This document shows positions 20,410 to 29,897 of a stretch of DNA of 64,000 bases, piece after piece (position 1 is the first letter of the stretch; each line of letters opens with the position of its first letter). The stretch covers positions 1 through 64,000 of the IMG/VR virus record IMGVR_UViG_3300043313_002348. The stretch is one strand, 5' to 3'. The translations under genes were made by a program, and so were the position numbers. Under the pieces are notes generated by a model. It was not told the origin of the DNA. It made no database searches and saw only the letters and a list, made by a program, of their open reading frames with translations. Source of the DNA: a virus.

Positions 20410-21010
20410 TTGTAAGCTTGTAAGCTTGTAAGCAGCCACTCCCAATTGGTTCTGGCGCGCGTCAGGTACGCGCGTACGAGTGCGAGCACGAGCGTATGTA
20501 TAGCGTTCCACAAGGGGTGGTCGCGTAGCGTACGAGAACGCGTATATCGCGTAGTTGTACTGGTAGCTTACAAGCTTACAAAAATCAAGGAAAATAATAA
20601 AATAGATATATAGACTCTCCCCTGACGTCGCCATTTCCGAAGAGTTGATCTTGTAACCAACCTTGAAACTCTCCCAAAACTTCCTTTCAAACCTACGGTG
20701 GGCTTACGCACACACAGCCATATGATAACGCCATTAGTAACGAAAGAGCAACGATATGGTAACGAGCATCCTCATCCTCATCTCTTAAAGAGCTCTTTTA
20801 TCACCATAAGAGCGGATTACGATACGGTTCCTGTAGCGTAACTCATCCTCATTTTTCCCGTGACTTAGGCACTCTTAGGTGTCCTTACCTCGGGACCCTC
20901 TCGATGAAAGTTGACACTTCCTTGATCGTTTGTGGAAGAAAGTGGACATTGTAACCTAGATTAGTCCCATATGTACAGGTCCTCTTACAACATCTCTCAA
21001 CTGTCCAATG
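20410..21010. other. AT-rich non-coding region with inverted 8-bp iterons, putative replication origin
   Basis: TTGTAAGC x3 at 20410-20433 and GCTTACAA x2 at 20566-20581, then an A/T tract; close to the D5 helicase gene. Confidence 0.55.
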
Positions 21011-21381
21011 TAGACGGTCAACACGCCGAAACACCCGCGGAAGATCGCTAACGGCGGCCGATGAAGATCCACTACGGACGCCGAAGGCCGCCCAGACCCA
21101 CCTGCGAACCGCGGATCTGGACGGCCACGTCCGGCGCGCGACGCCGGATCACATCGTTACTTCACGTCACTACTCGGGTCGATCCAACTCGATCATGTAC
21201 TTGCGGCAGTCCACCGTCTCATCTTGCTCGTACGTGACGGTAGCTGACGTAAGTTCTCCGTCGATCGTCACAAAGAAGTGATCAGACATGTTACGTGGGT
21301 AGATCGTGTGCTGAAGTTCGATCTTCATCATTTCTTCTCCCTCTCGATTCTCTTCTAGTGATGTTAAGCTGGATCACACTT

Positions 21382-21693
21382 CTACCCGCAGTTAGGGTGA
21401 CACTTACCACCTCGGATGTGTGCCATGCAGCCACGCACGTGAACGACGCCGCGAGGTGCCCTGCTCGTGCCACCACTCTTCAGGTTCTCGGCCTTCTGAG
21501 GTTGGCGACCCTTTCGCTTAATCGGAATGTCCTTCTCCGCGAGGACTTCCTTGATCCGCTCAGGGTGAACCTTGTACCGCTGCGCGAGCTGGTTGAGGTT
21601 CTTCTTCTGGTTCTCGTAGTCACTGGCGATCGTGTTCTTTTGCTTGTTGCTCAGTGGCTTTCCACCCGGGGTGCCACTTCCCTTACCTCCCAC
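21382..21693 (-). CDS. Small basic HTH-like DNA-binding protein
   Basis: LNQLAQRYKVHPERIKEVL helix-turn-helix pattern; own promoter upstream (TATGAT..CAGGAACAC on minus strand, 21729-21750). Confidence 0.6.
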   Translation of the reverse strand: MGGKGSGTPGGKPLSNKQKNTIASDYENQKKNLNQLAQRYKVHPERIKEVLAEKDIPIKRKGRQPQKAENLKSGGTSRAPRGVVHVRGCMAHIRGGKCHPNCG

Positions 21694-21762
21694 GACGCGT
21701 GAGGCCTCGCTTCCTCCCCGCTTCCTACGTGTTCCTGATCTACGATCATAGTACCAGATAAC

Positions 21763-23235
21763 TCAAGACATGTCAACGGCGGGCTCGCCGATCCTCAAGA
21801 TCTTCCCGAGCCACCGGATGCCTGCGGACGGCTTCGACTCCCAGCCCATCGACTTCAGCACCCGCCCGAAGTCCGACATGTTGAGCATCTCCCTGCGGTC
21901 CTGGTCGGAGCCGTGCATGCGGATCCACGTGACGTACGTCGAGTGTAGGTCGGACGCCTTGACGTAGTACGACGCGGGGTGGTCCCCGGGATGCTCCTCG
22001 AGGAGGTGGTTGGTGTTACGCATGTGATCGAGGAAGTCAGCCACGTGAGTCATGCGGTCGAACGTCTCCGCGGTCCGCAAGAGGAACTGCGGTGGGATGT
22101 CGCTGAGCCCCTCCTCGACCGCGGCCTTGCACCCGAGGACGAGCTGCGCCAGCAGCGCGCGCCGCACCTCGCGATCTTCCACGAAGCGCGTCTTCCACGT
22201 CACATCCTCGCGGTCAGGAGGAAGTGTCACGTCGAACGGGAGCACCCGAACCCGCCTCCGTACCGCGTCGTCGGCTCCCTTGATGTGAGGCATCTCGTTC
22301 GTGACGATGACCGGGGTAAACATGGGTACCCGCTCGATCATCACGTTCGACTGCATCCCCCGGACCGGCACGGGGTCCCCGCCGGTCATCCGCTTGACCA
22401 TGTCTCCGTGAAGCTCCCAGGACCGCGCGGCCTCGGAGGCGTAGATCACCCGGGCGTCCAGCGCGCGCATGATGTCAGGTCGCGGCTTGTCGTCGTGAGA
22501 CCCCCGGAACACGGACACGTTCACGGGACGCATGTAGGAACCCAGCGTCGCGGCGATACCCTCCGCCAGGGTGGACTTACCGGATGTGGTCGAGCCGTGC
22601 ACGATCAGGAGGTGACGGAACACGTTCCCGCCGAGCAGCGTGGAACCGAGGATCTTAAACAAGTACCTAATGTGTTCAGGATCGGGGAGGAACGTCTGGA
22701 AGAACTCGTTGAGCATCGGCGCGTGAGCCTTCGGGTGAAAGTCCACGGTCGTCTGGTTCGTGATGAGGTCACGCGGGTCGTGTGATCTGAGGTCGCCGGA
22801 CCGCAGGTCGAGCGTTCCCGCCGGCGTGTTCAGCGACCACCGGTCCGCGTCCAGCTTACGCACCACCTTCGTGAGTTCGATGTCGGCGAACTCGAGCGCC
22901 GCGTCGAGTCCTCCGCGCGACTCGAGTCGGCGGACCCGCTGCCGCAGCAGCTCGTTGTCGTCCTGGATCGCCTGCAGCTCGAGCGCGTCGAGCCAGTCAC
23001 CTACCCACCGCTGCGCGTGACGTTCCTCGTCGAGCTGCCACCGCCCGTCGACGTACACGTGACGCCCGACGCCCGGCACGTAGATCATGCGGTCCGCGAG
23101 CTCGCGTGCGATCTCGAGACCGTTGACGCGGTCCGTCATACGGGTAGGAAGTTGGTCGAACATCTCGGTGGGATCGAGGTTCGCCACGAGTTCGTCGTCC
23201 GGGGTGTGAGTTCCTGGGACCTGGGGCTCGGTCAC
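21763..23235 (-). CDS. D5/P4-type primase-associated SF3 helicase
   Basis: LNTPAGTLDL, GSTTSGKST Walker A, ASE, KRMTGGD, TNEMP and DAVRRR. Confidence 0.9.
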   Translation of the reverse strand: MTEPQVPGTHTPDDELVANLDPTEMFDQLPTRMTDRVNGLEIARELADRMIYVPGVGRHVYVDGRWQLDEERHAQRWVGDWLDALELQAIQDDNELLRQRVRRLESRGGLDAALEFADIELTKVVRKLDADRWSLNTPAGTLDLRSGDLRSHDPRDLITNQTTVDFHPKAHAPMLNEFFQTFLPDPEHIRYLFKILGSTLLGGNVFRHLLIVHGSTTSGKSTLAEGIAATLGSYMRPVNVSVFRGSHDDKPRPDIMRALDARVIYASEAARSWELHGDMVKRMTGGDPVPVRGMQSNVMIERVPMFTPVIVTNEMPHIKGADDAVRRRVRVLPFDVTLPPDREDVTWKTRFVEDREVRRALLAQLVLGCKAAVEEGLSDIPPQFLLRTAETFDRMTHVADFLDHMRNTNHLLEEHPGDHPASYYVKASDLHSTYVTWIRMHGSDQDRREMLNMSDFGRVLKSMGWESKPSAGIRWLGKILRIGEPAVDMS

Positions 23236-23241
23236 CGCGCG

Positions 23242-24279
23242 TCACCACCGTCCTTCACGTCTCAGCCGCGCGGAGAGCTCGCGGTAGCCGTCGAGTTTCA
23301 CACGTTCCTGCGCGACCGCGCGGCGCATGCGGTCACGTGCGCCGCGCGCGGTGTACTCAGCCTCTTGCCACGTGAAGTCAACCTTGTCCTCCGTTCGCTC
23401 CCAGACCTGACGAATGATCTCGAGGACGGCGGCGTCCACTCCCAGCTTCGTGTACAGCCTGCAGGCCAGGCGGAAGCAGTCCCGGTTGCGCGACCCGGCG
23501 CGCCAGAACCCACGCTGCGTGAACTCACCCGTAGGCGGTAGCTGCTCGTCCGCGGAACCTCCGAACTCTCCGCTAGGACCTCGCAGCCACGCCGCACCCT
23601 CGCGCCGGGTCGTCACGTCCTCGACGAGCCACCCCGGAGCGACCGGGATCGAGCCGACGTGAACGGTGTCCCACGTGTACGCCACGACGGCGACGTCCTC
23701 GTAGAGTGCTCCCGTGTACGAGTCTTCTTGCGTGACCTCGACGTCGCGAACGGACGGTGGCACGGCCACCAACCCGCCACAGGCCTTGACCTCGACGCCG
23801 GGAATGAAGTAGTCGTTGCGGGGGAGGTGCTCCACGTCCGGCGGGAGAAGGAACCAGTGGTGCCGACCGCCGTGAGGACTGGAGACACTCGGGTGCGGAG
23901 GCACCGTGAGACCTTCGGCCTCGCGCGCTCGGCGCCAGTCCCGCAGGGAGGCGTGACCGTCGACGTGCTTCACGTCCACGTCGAGGACGAGTAGTCGTGA
24001 CCGGCCGCCGACCACGACGCCAAGGTTAGCTTCGGGATCGAGCTGCCACCACCGCGCCACCTGGTCGAGGTCGCGCGTACCTACCACCGGCTCACCGCCG
24101 GTGCACGTGCAGAAGTGCCAGCCTCGTCCGTTGAGCCGGTGAGGTTGGTTGCCGTGACGAGTTAGCGGAAGCACGACGAAACCCCGCGACGCGTAAGACA
24201 TTGCCCACGCGCCGGTGTTACGTTCACGTCCTGCTTCGCCGCCGTCACTCCCCCCGCCAACTCCCGTGGGTTGGGTCAC
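23242..24279 (-). CDS. Bifunctional DNA primase/polymerase (Prim-Pol)
   Basis: ANLGV, VLDVDVK, SPHGGRHHWF, VAVPPS and SRN motifs. Confidence 0.88.
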   Translation of the reverse strand: MTQPTGVGGGSDGGEAGRERNTGAWAMSYASRGFVVLPLTRHGNQPHRLNGRGWHFCTCTGGEPVVGTRDLDQVARWWQLDPEANLGVVVGGRSRLLVLDVDVKHVDGHASLRDWRRAREAEGLTVPPHPSVSSPHGGRHHWFLLPPDVEHLPRNDYFIPGVEVKACGGLVAVPPSVRDVEVTQEDSYTGALYEDVAVVAYTWDTVHVGSIPVAPGWLVEDVTTRREGAAWLRGPSGEFGGSADEQLPPTGEFTQRGFWRAGSRNRDCFRLACRLYTKLGVDAAVLEIIRQVWERTEDKVDFTWQEAEYTARGARDRMRRAVAQERVKLDGYRELSARLRREGRW

Positions 24280-24449
24280 ACCGATCTCATCTCTTTTTCC
24301 TAGCTTCGTGTGTCCCGCCCGAGGCGGACCAGTCGACTCTATACGAGGGATGATCGTTTACCTTCTCATCAGGCTGTGTATGAGTGGCGGAAGTTTGTTA
24401 CCGTAGACCTCGAACGTAGACCGCAGGAACGCGCGAAGGCGAGGCTATC

Positions 24450-25678
24450 GTGAGTGAAGGTACGGGCAAGGCTACCACGGTTCCGTTTAACCCGTCGCTG
24501 AACGGGCCGGGATTGCGGGCGGCGCTCACCGCGAAGAAGAGCGAGCGAGGAAACGTCCGCGGCTGCACTCCTCTGTGCGTTCGAGTCTCAGGTCTTAGCC
24601 GGTGCTGGTGCGGGTGCGCGGCCTGCGAGGCTAAGACCGTGATTAACGGTAAGATCTGCGCGTGGAACGTATGTCCACACGATCCTGACGGACGCCTCAA
24701 CGCTCACGTGCGAGCCGTCGCGTAGCCCCCGAGACGAGAGAGTTGAGATGACGATGACCGAGATCCCCGGGAACCTTCCCGAGGTGCTGGCGCTCCCTCG
24801 CCGCGGTGAGGTAAACGCTCGGCGGCTTTGGAGGCTTCCTACGGTAAACCGTCAAGATCGTGACGGTCCGCCTAACTTCGTGGAGTTCAATGGGAAGTTC
24901 CTGGGCTTCTCCTCCAGTCACCGCGAGGTGCACGGGGTACACACCGGTGGCGACACGTACGCGCGCGCCCGGATCGACCGCTGCGCCGCGTGTCGCTGGT
25001 TCGAGCCTCGTATCTTCCGCGTGGACGACGTCGCGGAGGACTACTCAGGTGCCGAGAACGCGCGGTACCTCGTGCACTTCGGAGGCTTCTCGATCGTTCC
25101 CGGTGAGCAGATCCGCGTGCGTCACGAGTGGCTCACGAGCGCGTTCGAGGTGGTGGAGGCTCTCACCACACGTCGGTCAAACCGGTTCGAGGGTGAGGTG
25201 GACGAGGACGACCCGCGACCTCCGAGTATGAGTAGCTACCTCACTCCGCCGGCCGCGCGCGCGCTGGCGATGGCCGCCGCGAACGACGACGATCTTCAGC
25301 ACGCGTACGTGAATCGGGCCGTGTCGTGACCGAGGTCGAAGACTACCCTGGCGTCGAGGTGAACCCGAGAAGGAGGAATGAGGAGTGGATCCTGACGTGG
25401 AACCGCAACCTAACGACGTGATGTCGTCGGAAGACGAACACGTTCGGCGGGCGCTCGAGGTCGCGCGCGACGCCCGCGAGGTCGATCACGAGTTTCTCGT
25501 CGACCCCGGTTCCCACTGCTGCCTGTTCGAGGACGACCTGTGTAATCTTCCAGGTCTTCACGGAGGTCACCAGGAGCAGTTGACGGTGGCCGAGTACACC
25601 GCGGTCGAAGATCACTACGGCGAGACGGGTGTGGCCGCGGTCACGTTCCTACTCGCACTTCGGCACGGTGAGTCGTGA
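24450..25678 (+). CDS. First rightward hypothetical genes (24450-24725, 24748-25329, 25385-25678)
   Basis: Co-oriented ORFs after the divergence point at ~24.3-24.4 kb. Confidence 0.5.
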
Positions 25679-26214
25679 CCACAACCCTCGAGGTCGGACT
25701 TGAGCGTGAACGTGAGTTTCTCCGGGCGGTAGGTCGGCACCGCGTACTCGGGTTCACGGGTACACAGCGTGGGCTCAGTCCCCAGCAGATCTTCTTCGTG
25801 CAGATGTTCGTGAGAGAGTTTACCCGACAGTGTGATCTCCTGCGCGAGGCGGCGCTAGGTCGTCACGGATGCTGCGTCGGCGCCGACGAGCAGTTTCACC
25901 GCATGGGTACGTTCGGGAACGTACCTATGATCACTCATCCTGGTCACATTCCCGAGAAGACCTCGACGTCGTGCTCAGGTGTGTTTCACCACCTACCGCG
26001 AAACACCCTCGAGCGTAACCAGCTCGTGGTAAGTCGCTCGTGGGCACTGCTGGTGTGTCCTAGTACCGACGTCGAGCAGGTTCGCTCGGGCACGTGGGCC
26101 ACGATCCGCTACGCGCGCCGGGTCAGGAAACCTCACGTTCAGGTGAACCTTGACGGCACGTCACTCGTCCGTCACGCCGACGCCGCACTGAGTGAGATCA
26201 TGAGACGAATGTGA
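25675..26214 (+). CDS. SLOG-superfamily (DprA/YspA-like) nucleotide-binding protein
   Basis: GFTGTQ, HGCCVGAD, RNQ.VV and SGTWATIRYA. Confidence 0.7.
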   Translation: MTTTLEVGLEREREFLRAVGRHRVLGFTGTQRGLSPQQIFFVQMFVREFTRQCDLLREAALGRHGCCVGADEQFHRMGTFGNVPMITHPGHIPEKTSTSCSGVFHHLPRNTLERNQLVVSRSWALLVCPSTDVEQVRSGTWATIRYARRVRKPHVQVNLDGTSLVRHADAALSEIMRRM

Positions 26215-26635
26215 CGCACGAGTGGTGGTGCGAGTATCCCGTGTTCTTAGTGAACCACAGTCATCCTCGCCGTCCGCGCTACGCTAACACCGACCAGGAA
26301 CATTTGAACATCGGAGGTGAGATCGTGAACCGCAACGACTGGATACTCACCGCTCTGATACTCGGCGTGATCACGCTACTGGGTGCGGTCAGCTTCGTCG
26401 TCCTCGTGGCGACGTCGTGACGGCGTCGGGTTGGCCGCAGTGCCCAACCTGCGGCTACGAAGGTCCTCAGGTACCGTTCGAGACGGACGACATCGGCGGT
26501 CTCGAGATCTACTTCGAGTGCGGTAACCCGACGTGTTCCACCCAGTTCACCGCCGACGACTCGGCCGACAACGTGGTGATACTCGGGTGATAAATCCCGA
26601 CGCTGACCACAACTTTGTAGGAAGAAGGTAAGCAA

Positions 26636-27394
26636 GTGACCACCCGTTCACCTTGGATCGTTCCTTCACGTGAGGAGCTGCTCGGCGACACCGGACCGTG
26701 TCTTCGCCGCGACGACTGCGTCTTCGGTACGAACCACATTAGCCCGTGCGTTCCCTGTCACGAACGTGACGAGTACGTTCTCGCCCGGGTTGAGGGTAAA
26801 CTCGCCACGATCACCTCGACGCCGCACATGGCGCTCGGAAACCTCACGCCTCGAGGCCTCGCCGAGTCGGTTCTCGAGATCATTCGCAGTCCGCAGACGC
26901 TCGTGGACCTCGCCGGCAAGCGGTGGAGTGACGAGACCCGCCGCGTCCTGCGCTGGGCAGTTATGAAGAACGCCGATCAGTTCTCATCTGTGGACCGGCC
27001 GTTCACCCTGGATCTGGTGTGGAACTGGCGTGGGTACTTCGACCAGGCAGCTCTCTGGCGTCGAGGAAGTAACCAAGTCGTCACACTCGGGGATATGCAT
27101 CCCGTTCACCGACACAACGCGCTCAAGTATCTTCTTCAACACGCACCCAAGTACGCCTACGCGGTCGCCTCCGAGTCCGAGGTGTCGACCGCGGAGGCCT
27201 CGATGGAGCACGACTACATGGTGGACGACCCGCAGGCGTGGATCCGGAGTACCACCCTCTTCCGGGGTCTCGCGGCGTCCGTCGAGGGTGGTGACTGGTA
27301 CCTCACCGCGTCGGTACCGATGATCCCGCTCGACACGGCGTCCGAGCACGACGATCTTCTCGACGACGTGATCAATGAGGCCACGTACGACTAG
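26636..27394 (+). CDS. Hypothetical protein
   Basis: 252-aa ORF with RBS. Confidence 0.55.
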   Translation: MTTRSPWIVPSREELLGDTGPCLRRDDCVFGTNHISPCVPCHERDEYVLARVEGKLATITSTPHMALGNLTPRGLAESVLEIIRSPQTLVDLAGKRWSDETRRVLRWAVMKNADQFSSVDRPFTLDLVWNWRGYFDQAALWRRGSNQVVTLGDMHPVHRHNALKYLLQHAPKYAYAVASESEVSTAEASMEHDYMVDDPQAWIRSTTLFRGLAASVEGGDWYLTASVPMIPLDTASEHDDLLDDVINEATYD

Positions 27395-27492
27395 CTTCGA
27401 AGACCGCGCGCGAGGTCTCACGGCTGTGTTACCTCGCGCGTGGTGTTCGCTAGGCTAGCTGGAAGTCAGACGGCTGACGATAAGGAACGCAT

Positions 27493-28503
27493 GTGCTGAT
27501 CATTCTCGAGGGTCCCGACCGCTCGGGTAAGTCGACCGTCGCGCGCGCGCTCGCCGACCGACTTAAGAAATTTGATCCTAACTGCTCGGTGGACATGCTT
27601 CACCGCGGACCTCCACGCCGACACCCACTCGCAGAGTATGAGCAGGATATCCAGGACTACCGGCCGCAACTGTGGCCCGGGCAGCTCGGAGATCTCCCCC
27701 GACGACACGTGATCTGCGACCGGTGGCACCTCGGTGAGGTCGTCTACCCACCCGTTCGGGGTCGTGGGTCGCTTCTTACTCACGAGGCGTTGTGGCACAT
27801 CGAGCTGTTCCTGCAGGCGCGCGGCGCGCTCGTCGTCACGTTCGACGTCCCAACGGACGTGCTCGTTCGGCGGACCGAAAAGGAGACCGGACAGCCCGTG
27901 GGTGACGCCGAGAGGCGTGTGATCGACCGGGTACGCGCCCGGTTCTTTACAGCTACCGTAAACTCGCGCGTCACCACACTTCGGTTCGCTCCTAGTGATC
28001 TCGTCGACACGTCCTTCGTCGTGGACCGCGTCGTCCAGCTCGCCTCGACCGTCGAGGCCTACTCCGCACCGGTTCGCGACTTCGTCACGTACGTTGGGCA
28101 CCCAAGTCCCAGTATCCTCGTCCTCGGAGACGTCCGCAAGCGCGCGAACGACGACCCAGGAGGTCCCGCGTTCGTGCCGTACGGTGGCACGTCGGGCGCG
28201 TACCTCCTGCGTGCGCTCGGCGAGGCGACCCGCGACCAGCGCGTAGGCCGTCTGGGACTCGCGAACGCCTGCGACGTCGACGACCCACTCGACCTGTGGG
28301 AGATGTTAGGTAGGCCGTGGCGCGTCACACTTCTCGGCCGAAACGCCGCACTCGCGGTCGAGAGAAAGTTCCGGGACTTAGGTGTGTCGGTCGGCGTCGT
28401 CGACCACCCGCAGTACGTGCGTCGGTTCCATCACGACCGTGTGAACGAGTACGGGCACGCGATTCTCTCAAGCCGATCTTCGTCGTTCGCGGGAGTGCAG
28501 TGA
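27493..28503 (+). CDS. dNMP/thymidylate kinase-like domain fused to uracil-DNA-glycosylase-like domain
   Basis: IILEGPDRSGKST and CDRWHLGE.VY; C-terminal ILVLGD...PAF...NA...TLLGR.A...HPQY. Confidence 0.75.
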   Translation: MLIILEGPDRSGKSTVARALADRLKKFDPNCSVDMLHRGPPRRHPLAEYEQDIQDYRPQLWPGQLGDLPRRHVICDRWHLGEVVYPPVRGRGSLLTHEALWHIELFLQARGALVVTFDVPTDVLVRRTEKETGQPVGDAERRVIDRVRARFFTATVNSRVTTLRFAPSDLVDTSFVVDRVVQLASTVEAYSAPVRDFVTYVGHPSPSILVLGDVRKRANDDPGGPAFVPYGGTSGAYLLRALGEATRDQRVGRLGLANACDVDDPLDLWEMLGRPWRVTLLGRNAALAVERKFRDLGVSVGVVDHPQYVRRFHHDRVNEYGHAILSSRSSSFAGVQ

Positions 28504-29435
28504 TGTCGTTTCTGAACATGTCGGTCACACTCGACGACAACCGCCGCGGTTACCGTAAGCTTGTGAAGATGCTTCTCCGCGACGGGGACGAGGTCGAGGT
28601 CCGCGGGTTGAAGACCCGTGAACTTCTCGGACTAACCGTCTTCTTTCCCAACCCAAGAGGACCACTTCTACCGATCGGCGTCGGGCGCAAGGTGAACACC
28701 GCGCTCGCCGCGGTCGAGACCCTGAGCATGCTCGGCGGGGTGTCGCGACCCGATCTCGTGACGAAGGCAGCTCCGACGTACCGCGACGTTCTCGTGAATC
28801 CCGACGACCTCGACTACGGGGCTTACGGTCTCCGTGTCGAGACCCAGTTCGTGGAGGTGGCGCGCCAGTTGGCGACCACCCGGGATCCGATGAGTCGCCG
28901 CGCCGTGATGACGATCTGGCGTCCCGAAGATCTCACGCACGACGGCGACCGACCGTGCACACTGTCAGTGCAGTTCATTCGAAGATCAAACCGGTTCGAC
29001 GCGCGAAGTCCCGACGAGCTTCACATGATCGTGACGATGCGGTCGCAGGACGTGTGGTTCGGCGCGGCGTACGACATGTTCCTCTTCGGTCAACTTCGCG
29101 ACACCCTCGCCCGGATCGTCGACTGCACGCCCGGTTGGTACGCGCACCAGGTCGGCTCGTTTCACCTCTACGAGCGTGACTACGAGAAGGCCGAGAAGCT
29201 CGTGAGCGCGGGCAATCACGAGTTCATTAGACATCATGGACAGCTACCGCGAGGAATCACAATCGGTGATCTACCCCGTGAACACCTCAGCCCGGTCGGC
29301 GCGCAGCGCGTCGCACGCGCGCTGCTCGGCGAGACGCACAAGACGTGGGTGACGCGCGCGTTAGCGGCAAGTCGAAACCCGTGGTACCAGCAGGCACTCG
29401 CGAAGATCTTACCCGTCGAGGTAGGTATCGCGTGA
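28503..29435 (+). CDS. Thymidylate-synthase-family enzyme, probably dCMP-modifying (hydroxymethylase-like)
   Basis: SRRA, RPCT, MRSQDVWFGAAYD and SFHLY; ATG at 28503 overlaps the upstream stop. Confidence 0.85.
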   Translation: MSFLNMSVTLDDNRRGYRKLVKMLLRDGDEVEVRGLKTRELLGLTVFFPNPRGPLLPIGVGRKVNTALAAVETLSMLGGVSRPDLVTKAAPTYRDVLVNPDDLDYGAYGLRVETQFVEVARQLATTRDPMSRRAVMTIWRPEDLTHDGDRPCTLSVQFIRRSNRFDARSPDELHMIVTMRSQDVWFGAAYDMFLFGQLRDTLARIVDCTPGWYAHQVGSFHLYERDYEKAEKLVSAGNHEFIRHHGQLPRGITIGDLPREHLSPVGAQRVARALLGETHKTWVTRALAASRNPWYQQALAKILPVEVGIA

Positions 29436-29893
29436 CCGTCGCGCACCGGCCGTCGATGGAGGCCGTGCTGCTCGCCTGCGCGTACGCGATGTCCCGCCGG
29501 TCCACGTGTCCTAACCTGCAGGTCGGCGTCGTGATCGCGCTTGACCTCCGGATCATGAGCACGGGCTACAACGGCGCGCCTCGAGGCCTCCAGCACTGCA
29601 CGCACCCGTCGCGCGTCGACGTACCGGACCAACCTCCCTGCGTGACTACCGTGCACGCGGAGGCGAACGCGGTGGCGTTCGCGGCGCGCGAGGGTATCAA
29701 CCTCGGAGGTGCGACGGTCTTCGGAACCCACTCACCCTGCCGTACCTGCGCGCAGCTTCTCGTCGGCACCGGGGTGGTCCGCTACGTCGCACTTGACCGC
29801 TATCACGACGGCAGTGGGATAGACGTACTCGAGGCAGCTAAAATCGAGTTTGAGGTACGACGTACGCCGGTCGCGGATCTTCTAGGAATGTAG
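29432..29893 (+). CDS. dCMP deaminase
   Basis: RSTC, TGYNGAP, HAEANA and PCRTC. Confidence 0.92.
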   Translation: MTVAHRPSMEAVLLACAYAMSRRSTCPNLQVGVVIALDLRIMSTGYNGAPRGLQHCTHPSRVDVPDQPPCVTTVHAEANAVAFAAREGINLGGATVFGTHSPCRTCAQLLVGTGVVRYVALDRYHDGSGIDVLEAAKIEFEVRRTPVADLLGM

Positions 29894-29897
29894 GTCG

